Source: an uncultured virus (IMG/VR IMGVR_UViG_3300021425_003921)
Lineage: Duplodnaviria; Heunggongvirae; Uroviricota; Caudoviricetes
Virus record (IMG/VR): IMGVR_UViG_3300021425_003921
Direction: 5' to 3' (one strand)
Length of the DNA stretch: 64,000 bases
The notes below the pieces were generated by a model. That model ran no database searches. It was given only the letters and a program-made list of their open reading frames with translations, and was not told where the DNA came from. Of the stretch, positions 38,910-49,200 are shown piece after piece; the stretch's first letter is position 1, and each line of letters opens with the position of its first letter. A program made the translations under genes and the position numbers.

Positions 38910-39960
38910 CTAAAACCTCCTCGTCGATAACAGGCAAATCATAACCGATATCATCATCAGAGGGGTCATAATCTTCTTCGTTCCAAGGAGCATCCAACTC
39001 TACTCCTGCTGATTCGGCTAATTCATCAACTGACTCTAAAGTCCCGGTAAATGCCGGGGTGGTGTAGTTAGGAGTATCTACAGGATTAAAGGCGTTAGCA
39101 GAATCGGGAACAGGAACTGATTCATCAAATTGAATTTTGGAAGAAGATTGTAATTTATTTTTTTCTTGACTCATAGCCGCATTAATCTTTTCTAAACCTA
39201 AATCAATATTAAAAGCATTAGAATAATCAATTTCTTTTTCTACTCGACCATGATTATTGGTTTTGGCTTGACGGTCACCCCTTTTGAGGTCATCCATAGT
39301 CATACCAGAATCAGCAGCCAATCTTTCTAATCCTTGAATATAGGCTTCATTAGGTTCCGATTCAGGAATAACTTGTTGAGGTGCTGGTGCTCCAATAACT
39401 TTAGTCCAATCAACACCATCTCTAAAAGGATCGACATCTAAAGGAATTTCACCTTCTTTTTGTTGGGGTTGTGGTGGGGCTTGAGGTTGCGGTTGTGCCA
39501 CAGGTTCTTCCATGGTTTCTCCAATAAAAAGACCATCCATGTCTCCGGTTTGGGCTTCTTTGATTTGGTTTAAGAAATCAAGGTCTTGTTGGCTTAACTC
39601 ATTTTGTCGTCCGGCAAAATAATCCATACCTTGTTTAATAACGGGAGTAATATCTCCTAAAAATTCAAATAATCCTGAAGCGGCTTGAGCCGTAGGTGAT
39701 TCGGATACTGCCCCACCAACACCATATTTATCCAAAAAATTCAAAAGTGGGACTAAAACCTTTTCTGACATATCGGGGTCTACATTTAATCGACGGGCTA
39801 AAGCAGCAGCATCGTTAGAACCAGCCACCATTTCCATAAGAGTTTTCTTAGGTGGTGCTTTGGCCGAGGCTTTTTTACCTTTTTCGGCTCTTTCTTTGGC
39901 TAATAAACGCTCGACCTCATCAAAATCATCGGAGCGAATGAGGTTATCGAAATCGGACAT
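38896..39960 (-). CDS. Hypothetical acidic protein
   Basis: 354 aa; variant promoter TATAAATATGATGGAT at 39975-39990. Confidence 0.8.
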   Translation of the reverse strand: MSDFDNLIRSDDFDEVERLLAKERAEKGKKASAKAPPKKTLMEMVAGSNDAAALARRLNVDPDMSEKVLVPLLNFLDKYGVGGAVSESPTAQAASGLFEFLGDITPVIKQGMDYFAGRQNELSQQDLDFLNQIKEAQTGDMDGLFIGETMEEPVAQPQPQAPPQPQQKEGEIPLDVDPFRDGVDWTKVIGAPAPQQVIPESEPNEAYIQGLERLAADSGMTMDDLKRGDRQAKTNNHGRVEKEIDYSNAFNIDLGLEKINAAMSQEKNKLQSSSKIQFDESVPVPDSANAFNPVDTPNYTTPAFTGTLESVDELAESAGVELDAPWNEEDYDPSDDDIGYDLPVIDEEVLGDDD

Positions 39961-39985
39961 AACAATTCCTTATTATCCATCATAT

Positions 39986-40477
39986 TTATAACTTTCGGCC
40001 AATAAAGATGTCGTATCCCAATCGTAAAGCATCAATCCAAGCCTCATTAACTGATTGTTCACTATTTCGATCGGTTTCCAAAGCATCAGCAGCAGTTCGC
40101 AGGGTATCGGCTAATATATTTTGCAAAAATTGTTCGTCTGAGGTAGAGTTATCGGCTGATTTTTGAATAAATTGTGATAACAAAGTGGTAATTTTACGAA
40201 GTTCTCGTTCACGATTGCTGGTTTTAGCAGTTAAAACTTGATAAAAGAAATCCGATTCAATGCATCCTTTTAACTTTTCGTGAAGCGAGGATTCGGAATG
40301 ATCGATTTCAGATAACATAGATTGAAAAGAATCAAAATAAGAATTTGTTTCTTCAGAATCTGTGATTCCGATTTGAGTCATAAAATGGGTAAATTGTTCT
40401 TTAAGAACAACATCTCGTTCTTTTTCTAATAACTTTCGATAAGAGTCTAACATAGAAGCCATTTTTTCCATATCCAC
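39986..40477 (-). CDS. Hypothetical helical protein
   Basis: 163 aa; GAGGTGA SD. Confidence 0.75.
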   Translation of the reverse strand: MDMEKMASMLDSYRKLLEKERDVVLKEQFTHFMTQIGITDSEETNSYFDSFQSMLSEIDHSESSLHEKLKGCIESDFFYQVLTAKTSNRERELRKITTLLSQFIQKSADNSTSDEQFLQNILADTLRTAADALETDRNSEQSVNEAWIDALRLGYDIFIGRKL

Positions 40478-40488
40478 ACTAATTCACC

Positions 40489-41280
40489 TCAGAATCCGGG
40501 TTTGGTGCGACTTTGATAATTGCTTAATAACGACATATCAAAAAATTTGTTTTGGTCAAATTCGCTAACCTTTTGGGCGGTTTGGGCTGCCTTTTCAGCA
40601 TTACTTTCGGCTCGCTTAATAGCGACTTCTGCTTCAGACAACATCTTTTTGACCGACTCCATTTCTGCACCTAAGTTATCGATTTTACTTCGATAGTAAA
40701 ACGCTGTGGCTAAAACACCACCCAAGCCACCAACTACGGCTCCGATAGCACCAGCAGTCATCGGACTAACACCAAACATGGCAGAAGCCACAGGCATTTT
40801 AGCAGTAGTAGGTCCTGTAAAAGCGTTTTCGGCTGCTGAAGTTTCAGTAGTGGTCATACGACGACGCATTTCTCGATTAACGGCGGCAAGGTCTTTTCGG
40901 AACTTAGCAAATTCAGCATCAGAAGAAATAGAAGCAGATTCCATAGAGGCCATGAGATCCATAAGTTCTTCATTACTCATTTCTGCTAATCGAAGATTGC
41001 GTTTAACTGATACGGAGTTTTCAGCAGCGAATGTAAGTTCTTCAGGTTCATAATAATCATTAACTACGGTGTCAATAACCGGGGGTTCGATAACGCAATC
41101 CGTGATTTTACGAAATCCTCTGATACCGGGTCCTCGCTCACAAAGTAAATACTTACCGGGTCCCGTAGATTCAGCCAACATAACAAAAGTTGGAACTGGA
41201 ATTTCTACTTCAGAAGTAAGAATATCTTGTGTGCCTGAATTTTTGACGCCTGATTGATAACGACGAATAAAATAGGCCAT
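40489..41280 (-). CDS. Membrane protein with internal TM and coiled coil
   Basis: TATA at 41302 places start at 41280 (MAYFIRR); FAAE, SAAE; TM AGAIGAVVGGLGGVLATAFYY. Confidence 0.8.
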   Translation of the reverse strand: MAYFIRRYQSGVKNSGTQDILTSEVEIPVPTFVMLAESTGPGKYLLCERGPGIRGFRKITDCVIEPPVIDTVVNDYYEPEELTFAAENSVSVKRNLRLAEMSNEELMDLMASMESASISSDAEFAKFRKDLAAVNREMRRRMTTTETSAAENAFTGPTTAKMPVASAMFGVSPMTAGAIGAVVGGLGGVLATAFYYRSKIDNLGAEMESVKKMLSEAEVAIKRAESNAEKAAQTAQKVSEFDQNKFFDMSLLSNYQSRTKPGF

Positions 41281-41311
41281 ATACTTTTTTAATCGCTTCA
41301 ACTATTTATAT

Positions 41312-42088
41312 CTATCGGATAAGGTATTCGGATATGTCCGAAGGAAAAGCCTTAACCAAAGTATCTAAATCAATTTGATTGCCGGCTTGATAATACTCAG
41401 CAGAATCAATTTTTTCAATTGAATCAATAGATGTTATAGGTCGGTTTTGAGATAACAAATAATCTCGGAATTTTAAATCTCCTTTGTGTCCTACTAAACT
41501 ACCAACATTTAACCAAATGTTTGGACGAGAATAACTATCGGCTACAATTAAACCATGTAAGGAAGATGAAACTACGGCTTTAGCAGAAGCAATTTGATTA
41601 ACTACGGTTTGCCAATCATCAGTAGGATTAATAACAACAGCATCATAAAAAATTTCTAATTCTTCAGAAAGATCTTGTAATTCATCATATTGGGACCAAT
41701 GCGGAACGACGACAATTTTATCTTGTAAATCTGAAATAATTTTGGGTTGATAATAACGATTAAGAAGTAAGGCAGGGTCGCCATAAACTTCAGGACAAGG
41801 AATTTCACAACCTAATAAAAATTGTCGGGTAAGGGGTCCTCTAACAGCAACTACTTGAGGTTTGTTATGAATAATATGATGCATAATTCCAGAGCCCCAA
41901 ACAAGATCTTGGTCTTTAATCCAATTATTGTGAAGTAAAGAACCTATGGCTACAATTTTGGGATGATTAGCATCAGCAGGAAGGGCTGTTTTCATGCCGG
42001 AAACCTGTGACACAATAAATGATGAAATTTCATCACCAAAATTACCTTGACCGTCGGCATGGGTATAATATCCAATGGATAATACCAT
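41312..42088 (-). CDS. Polysaccharide pyruvyl transferase family protein
   Basis: GNFGD, IGSLL, WGSG, AVRGPLTR, GDPALL, SSSLHGLIVADSY, KFRDY. Confidence 0.85.
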   Translation of the reverse strand: MVLSIGYYTHADGQGNFGDEISSFIVSQVSGMKTALPADANHPKIVAIGSLLHNNWIKDQDLVWGSGIMHHIIHNKPQVVAVRGPLTRQFLLGCEIPCPEVYGDPALLLNRYYQPKIISDLQDKIVVVPHWSQYDELQDLSEELEIFYDAVVINPTDDWQTVVNQIASAKAVVSSSLHGLIVADSYSRPNIWLNVGSLVGHKGDLKFRDYLLSQNRPITSIDSIEKIDSAEYYQAGNQIDLDTLVKAFPSDISEYLIR

Positions 42089-42092
42089 GGTA

Positions 42093-42530
42093 TCACGACC
42101 AAAGATTTGCTAAAGTTTCGTAACAATCATCAATGGTTTCAGGTTGTGGGTTTTGGATTTCGGGTAATAAAAGTTCCATAGCCGCCACGGTGCGAATTAA
42201 TTGTTTCCACTTTAATTCTCGAACTCGGTCGTAAATGTTTCGGTCTTCAGCCCGTTCTACATAATTTTTATTTTCAAAATATTTGACTAAAGATAAGAGG
42301 TCTAATCGCCAACGAATTCCTCCTCGACGGTCTTTAGATTGAGCGTGTTTAAACATAGGTCGGTTGCGGAGGACTCCAATAACTTCACGAGAAGTATATC
42401 TGCGTGGTTTGTTAGCCACCATAGTTTCAGAAATTTGGGTGCTAAAACCATAACCGTCATTTTCTAATAAATATTCAACAATATCGAATACTAAAGATTC
42501 GGTTAGAGGAAGTGGTTTCGAGGATCCCAT
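42093..42530 (-). CDS. Putative winged-helix DNA-binding protein
   Basis: IVEYLLEN...STQISE...TSREVIGVLRNRPMF...WRL pattern. Confidence 0.55.
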   Translation of the reverse strand: MGSSKPLPLTESLVFDIVEYLLENDGYGFSTQISETMVANKPRRYTSREVIGVLRNRPMFKHAQSKDRRGGIRWRLDLLSLVKYFENKNYVERAEDRNIYDRVRELKWKQLIRTVAAMELLLPEIQNPQPETIDDCYETLANLWS

Positions 42531-42546
42531 AGTAATTACTCCGCAA

Positions 42547-42936
42547 TTACTCTTCTTCAGAGGGTTCAGGAAGTCCTAATGATTCTCTAACTAAACGGGC
42601 TTTTTCAAATTCGTAGGCTTGTTTGGCATCAGCCAATTCCATGCCTTCAGCCTTTTTAGCCTTGATAAAAGATTTTTTATTATTTTCAAAATTCATAAGA
42701 GCCAAAATGGCTTGATTATCTTCACTAAGAGTAACTGAAGTTTCCGGGGGACTGTTGAAGAGAGTATCGATTTCAGTAAATACTTGGTTAATATCTACTC
42801 GGGCTTCAATAAATTCTTCAATATCTTCGTCTAAGGTTTTACCTGACACAGAATTCATTCGTCCGGCAATGTCTTCGGCTTGCTCACGGGTTACTAAAAA
42901 CCCAACTCTATCCCAATATCGTAGTTCGGTGGACAT
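42547..42936 (-). CDS. Hypothetical helical protein
   Basis: Variant promoter at 42951-42966 places start at 42936. Confidence 0.75.
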   Translation of the reverse strand: MSTELRYWDRVGFLVTREQAEDIAGRMNSVSGKTLDEDIEEFIEARVDINQVFTEIDTLFNSPPETSVTLSEDNQAILALMNFENNKKSFIKAKKAEGMELADAKQAYEFEKARLVRESLGLPEPSEEE

Positions 42937-42971
42937 AATCATAGGTTTCCATCCATCATATTTATATCTTT

Positions 42972-43121
42972 CTATTTTTTAGGCACCGAAATAATTTTTT
43001 TATGCGATAACATAGCGGTGACTACTTCTTGAGGATCTTGAGTGGGTTTACCCTCGATAAAGAAGTTGTTAGAAATCATTAAGTGTGAAATCATTAAAGC
43101 GGTGGCATTAGAAAGATTCAT
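42972..43121 (-). CDS. Small hypothetical protein (49 aa, below ORF-track cutoff)
   Basis: MNLSNATALM...SVPKK; ATGA overlap with the 43118 stop; fills the gap. Confidence 0.55.
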   Translation of the reverse strand: MNLSNATALMISHLMISNNFFIEGKPTQDPQEVVTAMLSHKKIISVPKK

Positions 43122-43483
43122 AGCGATTCCTCACAAAATAATTGCCAAGGGCCGGATTCTAAACTATTTTTAGTAGAAAAGATCCGACCAATTCGGAAAC
43201 CGTGAGCGAATCGTTCTTGGTCAGCCTTTAGTCTGCCCGAACACTCCAAACCATAGGGTTTGGCGGATAACTTTTGTCGCCATTGGAATACAAAATCATC
43301 ATCAAAAGTAAGAGGTAATAAAGTTAAATTAGGGGCAACATCAGCAATAATAACATGAAGTCCCGTTCCGGAAGAGGAAATTCGATACCAAACTCGACCT
43401 GAACCAAATTCGGAATTTAATTCTGATAACGCCCTAATTACTTGAGGGTGGTCAAGAGAAACATCATCCCAATCGAAGTTCAT
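43118..43483 (-). CDS. Minimal archaeo-eukaryotic primase (AEP)-like protein
   Basis: hDxD (FDWDD) and SSSGTGLH motifs in 121 aa. Confidence 0.6.
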   Translation of the reverse strand: MNFDWDDVSLDHPQVIRALSELNSEFGSGRVWYRISSSGTGLHVIIADVAPNLTLLPLTFDDDFVFQWRQKLSAKPYGLECSGRLKADQERFAHGFRIGRIFSTKNSLESGPWQLFCEESL

Positions 43484-43520
43484 AAGTGGTCTTGAGGATA
43501 CCTCTTATTTATACTTTTGG

Positions 43521-43706
43521 TTAATAAAAGTGGTATCTTCGGTCTAACCATTCGGTAGTATACCAAGCCAATACTCCGGCTCCGAGGAGTCCACCGTAAT
43601 AAACAACAGGTTGTTGATTCTTTAATAATTTATCAGCAGTAAGCAACATAACTGCCATAGGTGCGGCACCGATAAGAACCGAAGTCCAAATCACGATGAC
43701 CGCCAC
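43521..43706 (-). CDS. Small two-TM protein
   Basis: 61 aa, hydrophobic. Confidence 0.65.
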   Translation of the reverse strand: MAVIVIWTSVLIGAAPMAVMLLTADKLLKNQQPVVYYGGLLGAGVLAWYTTEWLDRRYHFY

Positions 43707-43873
43707 TTATTTAATCCCCAATAAATTAGGTAAAGATTGATAACTTGCCAAGATAGTTTAAAAAAGGTTAATTGAGATACAAAACCTTGAGTAATAGAAT
43801 TACTAATAAATCCAGCAACTCCGAGACCACCAAAGATAATAGCAATTGTGCCCCAAACCTGCATAGGTATCAC
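43691..43873 (-). CDS. Small two-TM protein
   Basis: 60 aa, hydrophobic, GTGA overlap with upstream gene. Confidence 0.65.
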   Translation of the reverse strand: MIPMQVWGTIAIIFGGLGVAGFISNSITQGFVSQLTFFKLSWQVINLYLIYWGLNKWRSS

Positions 43874-44367
43874 CGACGGCTAAGAACAATTCCTACAAGA
43901 GCCAAAGCGACAGCACCAATACCGATAGCCATGGCGTTTTCCTTAACAAAACTTTCTTCTTCGGCTTCACAAAGTCCAGTATCGGAGTTGAGAAGGTATC
44001 CTTCGTTACAATCACACTTGTTAGTAGATTGGTTGTAAGTAGCATTAGGATCGGAACATTCGCCAACAAGATTATCGAATTCAGCCGTAGCAGCATCTTC
44101 GGTTTCGAACTCGCCATAGTGCTTTAGTAATTTGTAATCCGTAGCACCTGTGCCTTCAAGAGCAATCAAATCGTAGACATCACCGTTTTTGTAAACTGCC
44201 AACTTAGCAGTTTTTCCTTCTGAAACAGCAAAATCAGTATAGATTTCGTGTTGTTCTCCCAAAGCCCTTTCAAAACCAGAAATTAATTCTGCGTTAGCAG
44301 GAAGAGCATCAGTATAATCGGCTTCGGCTTGGAACTTACCAAATGAGTTGTATTCGTAGAATCCCAT
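43870..44367 (-). CDS. Tail-anchored protein with EGF-like Cys motif
   Basis: CSDPNATYNQSTNKCDCNEGYLLNSDTGLC; C-terminal TM AMAIGIGAVALALVGIVL+SRR; TATA at 44389. Confidence 0.8.
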   Translation of the reverse strand: MGFYEYNSFGKFQAEADYTDALPANAELISGFERALGEQHEIYTDFAVSEGKTAKLAVYKNGDVYDLIALEGTGATDYKLLKHYGEFETEDAATAEFDNLVGECSDPNATYNQSTNKCDCNEGYLLNSDTGLCEAEEESFVKENAMAIGIGAVALALVGIVLSRR

Positions 44368-44404
44368 GACGAATAATTCTTGGTTCTACTATATATATTT
44401 TTGC

Positions 44405-44701
44405 TTAATCATCCTCAAGAACTAATTTAACAGGCTCTATGTTAAGTTGAGAAATATTAAATTCTTTTTGGGTGCAATCAGCAGTTTTGTGATCTTCGGA
44501 TTGACACCAATCACATTTGGGAACTGAAATCTTAAAACGAGAGGCTAAAATATCTAATTTTTTACCATTAAGATGTTTCCAAGAAATTAAATCTGTTAAT
44601 TGTTGGTTACGCCAAAGAACCCATCGGACAAACCAAAGTGATAACCCTCCTTGGGCAACAATAAAAGCGGCTAAAATCCACACAATAATTTCTAAATCCA
44701 T
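44405..44701 (-). CDS. N-anchored protein with CxxC-H-C zinc knuckle
   Basis: N-terminal TM; CDWCQSEDHKTADC. Confidence 0.7.
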   Translation of the reverse strand: MDLEIIVWILAAFIVAQGGLSLWFVRWVLWRNQQLTDLISWKHLNGKKLDILASRFKISVPKCDWCQSEDHKTADCTQKEFNISQLNIEPVKLVLEDD

Positions 44702-44703
44702 GA

Positions 44704-45702
44704 TTATTCCTCCGGCGGACAGACTTTTTCAGGGCCACAAATTAAGTCGGCAAAATCTTTGAGATGGTCTGTAGATTTAACTCCTTTAGGTTCATAAGGC
44801 AATCGAACAGAACCTACTAAGGTGATATTGTTTTCAGCACAAAGTTTTTGATATCGAGCAATCCAAGGTTGCTGATTAAGATATTCATGATAAATCATAG
44901 TAGCCGCTGGATTAGTGGTAGCAGTATCCCAAACCTCAGAACCCATATCAGGAATAAGGTGATTAAGGACCAAAGTATGTGGTTGAAGATTTAAGGATTG
45001 TAAATATTTGACAGTTCGGAAAAATTCCATAAATCCGGCTTCGGTAGGAATGCTAACCAAAATTACTTTAGATTTTTTAGAATCTGATAAGTTGGCTCGC
45101 AAATCATCAATTTCTTCACAGAATCTTCCTAAAGCCAATTCTAATTCATCAATTTCATTACGATTTTTAAACAGCATTAATTTTCCTAAAACTTTAGATT
45201 TGAGTCGTCGAAGTTGCAAGATAAATTGTTTAACATGGGCGGGTGCAGCCAAAGCCTTAAGGGTGTGTCCTGTGGGTGCCGTATCAAAAATAACAAGATC
45301 GTATTCTCCCGAAATAAATTGTTGAGACATAACTTCGGCAGCACCCCATTCGTCGATACCGGGAATAGCGTTGTTAATAGAAAAGACTTTTGACATTCCG
45401 GAATCATCATCGGAAAGCGAAGGAATAAACTTGCCAAAAGTTTTAATAAATGCCGTTTGCATTTCTTGTTGCCGACTTTGAGTAACTACGGAGGCGTTGA
45501 TATTCATCGCCCACAGATTTGGGCTAATTTCTCGGGGAGTATCTCCAATTTTAGTGCCGACAGTATCATCGGTGCTGTGAGCAGGATCTGAGGAAACCAA
45601 AAGGGTTTTTTTACCTTGATTGGCATAATAAAGAGCCGTAGCAGCAGAAGAAGTAGATTTTCCAACACCACCTTTACCGGTAAACAACAAAAGTTGCGTC
45701 AT
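44704..45702 (-). CDS. arsA: ArsA/Get3(TRC40)-family ATPase, single domain
   Basis: GKGGVGKS, SSDPAHS, PGIDE, FDTAPTGHT, VSIPTE; 332 aa; no arsenic-resistance genes nearby; TATA at 45724. Confidence 0.9.
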   Translation of the reverse strand: MTQLLLFTGKGGVGKSTSSAATALYYANQGKKTLLVSSDPAHSTDDTVGTKIGDTPREISPNLWAMNINASVVTQSRQQEMQTAFIKTFGKFIPSLSDDDSGMSKVFSINNAIPGIDEWGAAEVMSQQFISGEYDLVIFDTAPTGHTLKALAAPAHVKQFILQLRRLKSKVLGKLMLFKNRNEIDELELALGRFCEEIDDLRANLSDSKKSKVILVSIPTEAGFMEFFRTVKYLQSLNLQPHTLVLNHLIPDMGSEVWDTATTNPAATMIYHEYLNQQPWIARYQKLCAENNITLVGSVRLPYEPKGVKSTDHLKDFADLICGPEKVCPPEE

Positions 45703-45735
45703 AATAAGAAATAACGCTCCTTCCTATTTATAAGT

Positions 45736-46155
45736 TTAGGACCAAAGGGCTTGAAAACCAGCATCGAATTCATCAATTTCTTGCATAGCAACTTGGTTGT
45801 CGATAAACATAAGACTAAACTTACACCAATAAGTTTCAACATCTATGGTGGAAGATTCACCCGTTAAAGCCGCCCACAAAGAATTGCACTCGACGGAAAC
45901 TTGGATTTCAGAAACTTTTTCATCAGTCATAAGACATTGTTCTAATTCAATAACCATGCCGTCGGCTACTAATTCTCCTCGATATAATTCGTGGTCTCCA
46001 TGAGTAATAGTCATAGTAGCATAATCATTGGCACTAAATCCGGGGATTGGATGCACGATAATTTGTTCTAAACAATTTTGTTCTGATAATTCAATGGTGG
46101 CAATTACAGTTGATGACTTGTTTAGTGGCATTTCAAATTCTTTTTTGAATCTCAT
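45736..46155 (-). CDS. Hypothetical beta-rich protein
   Basis: 139 aa; TATA at 46186. Confidence 0.7.
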   Translation of the reverse strand: MRFKKEFEMPLNKSSTVIATIELSEQNCLEQIIVHPIPGFSANDYATMTITHGDHELYRGELVADGMVIELEQCLMTDEKVSEIQVSVECNSLWAALTGESSTIDVETYWCKFSLMFIDNQVAMQEIDEFDAGFQALWS

Positions 46156-46246
46156 ATCGATCCCAAGTTATAATTTGGTTTTCGACTATTTATAATTATA
46201 GGCTTGCTGCATCATGTTTTTTACCTAATGTGGAAAATAATTTCCA

Positions 46247-49200
46247 TTAATTATCGGTTTCTCGGCGTTTTTCTTCCTCATCCTTAATATATCCCGAAAG
46301 ATCGTTACCTAAGAAATCGGCATCAGAATCATCAGAATCAGGATTGGGTGGCAATCGAGTTAATTCGGGAAGTAGGTCTTCAATAGATTCGTCATCAAGA
46401 ATAAAGTCTTTAACGGTGGCTTTGCCGCCATCATCGAAACTAATTGGTTTGCGATTACGCTTTAACTCTTCATATTGGGCTCGTTGTTGTGCCATCCAAC
46501 TATTAATTTCTTCTAAAGTTACTTCCACATCAGCATTTTGACCCAAAATATGTGTTTTATACCATAAAACATTTTCGGGAGTTACTCGGAGTCCTAAATT
46601 AGCCACTTCGACGGCAATAAGAGCGTCTAATTCATCATAAAGCATATAATTGAGGAATACTTTGACATTTCGACCTGTGGTTCCGGTAACTATGTATCCG
46701 GTATCATTGCTAACACCGTGAGGGTTATGATATGTTCCTCCAAATCCGACACCATCTAAAAAGAATGTTTGTTGGCGATTGGCAAATAATAATCCTTCGG
46801 GAAGTGTTCCTTTAAAATTATCAGTTTGGTCAAGAATTTCAGAATAATCAGTCGTAGCGGCGACCACAGAAAAACCACCACCAACTAAGGCAAAAGTAAA
46901 AATCCATTGGTCTCGATCAGTATCATAATCACCACTAATCGGGCGACGAGTAGTAGACGAATCTCCAATAGCATCATTAAATTGTTCTCCTAATTCTAAG
47001 AAAGAACCAATAGCGTTGGTAACTCTAAGGGGTTCGACATCAACGGCTTGTGTTCCGATAAAAGGATAATTGATACCAACCGCTCCTTGATAGGGATAAT
47101 TGGTAGGAGATCCAAAAAAGGTTGGCTCATTAATTTGTAATCCGTAACCGTATCCGGTAGGGTCTAAACCACCATTAGCAACTAAAATAGCATTGTCTAC
47201 TTTAATGTATATTCCTAATCCGTCAGATGTGGCTGCAAAACGAAGACCATTAACTCCTTGGGGCGTATTTTGATTAAAGGGTGGACCTGCCGAAATAACA
47301 TAAGAAAGAGCCGCATTAAGTTCCGAAACTAAGGAGGCAATAGTAGTATAAGTATAGGTGGGTGGCGGTGAGGTGGCACCGGGATAAATTGCCGAAAGAT
47401 CGAATCCATTAAGTTCTACTCCTGACCAAGTGAATCCCCCAAAAGGAACTGGGTCGGGATAACATCCCTCAGAATTAATAATGTGATAATAAACTTGATT
47501 AGAATTACTTCCGGGGGAAATCCATGTTGCTAATTCCGGAGGTCCGGGACCTCCTGTGCCTCCGTTGGAACCTTGTTTAAACATGGATTGTCCCTGAAAC
47601 AATTCGGGTTGTCCGAAATTATTGAATGAGGGATTAATATCTTGATCAATAGAACCGGGGTCATAAGCCAACATATATGGTCCGGTGCGAGTGCGGTCAA
47701 TAAAACCTAAGGCTACTTGGGATCTGCCGGTGGGAACGCCTGTGGTTCCAGTATAGCGTTTATAATTTTGAAGCCATAATCCGTTGGCAACTTCATCATC
47801 TGTAAAATCTCGTGGTTGGGCTAAAATATTAGTCCATTCTTCAGGGAGTTCTAATCCGGTAGTGGTTTCCCAAATACCGTCCCAAGAAGCATAAGGTCCA
47901 ATAACTTTAAAATCATTAACATAGACGGCAGGAGAATCATAAGGATTGGTAAGCCAAGGTTGAAAATCTAAAATCTCGGCACGATTTTCGGGATTGGTGG
48001 CTTCTAAGCCTAATAAAATGTGATAAATGGATGTTTCTTCAGGAACAGGAATTTCAAAAGAAGGGGCTACCCATTTAATTGTGGCACCTACCAAAGAAGT
48101 GTTGGTTCCTCCGGAATAAGTGGCTACATCTTCTAAAGAGATATTATCCGAAGAATATCCATAAATAACTCCTTGATTCCAAGAAAAATCATCCGAATAA
48201 CCATTGGTAGCATAACCCACCAAAGGTTCATATTCTGTGGCGGGGTCATTAGCCATATTACAAGTTGATTTGGTAAGGCAATCACCCACGAAAACTAAAG
48301 TTCCTAAAAAATTCTGATTTGACTGGAAAGGAAAAGCAGAATCATTGGGAACAAGTAAAGAGGGAACTGAAGTTGCCATGGCAACATCATGAAGTCTCCG
48401 AGGAATAGTTCCTCGTCGCCAAAAATGGGCATCAGAATGAACTTCATCGCCTATAGAAACTGATTCGGGATTAAATAAATCTGCAGCAACATTCCCAATG
48501 CGGCTGGCTTGATAGCCGGGGTGAGTCCACAGGAATTCCATGGGTTTAATTATGGGAAACATTCCCTCATAAGCCGTAGGACAAAAAAATCCATAAAAAG
48601 AACGACCATAAGGATCGACATTAATATATGCTGAAGCGGGTGTAAATAAAATACCGATTTCGTGTCCTCGATAAGTAAATTGTTCCATCGGAAATACGGC
48701 AATACCGCCCCAAAGGTTATAAGCGTTGTCCAAATCAATACTATTGGGCCCGGAATCTGGGTTTGAGGTCAAACCGGCAAGGTGAAATCCTTTCCCCAAC
48801 TGGTCGATAGCCCTTAAATCAACAAAATCAGGATTAGTGATAGATTCGGGAGTCATATCAGAAACTAAAGCAGGGTCAGAACTAATTTTAAAAGTGTAAA
48901 TATAAGGATAAAAATCTTGATTGTCGTAAATAGAATTCATATAGGGAAGATATTGGAATGGTGGTGGGAAGAAATTTCCATTAAAATTACAATTTTCGAC
49001 TCCTGCATATCCGACAGCAGTAATATAAACCGAACCCTCACTAATTCCTAAAGAGGTGGTTCTACGGTCGATAACCATTGATTTTAATCCGGTTTCCGTC
49101 GATAAGGCATTAGTGCCATTATCAACATTAATTTGTTCTATTAGATTTCGACAAGGAATGATATGCCATGCCTCAGGATTAGCCAAATTATCAAAAGCCA

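Noticed and set aside
44704..45702. Arsenic resistance operon
   Set aside because: The ATPase is single-domain, with no arsB/acr3, arsC, arsD or arsR neighbours.
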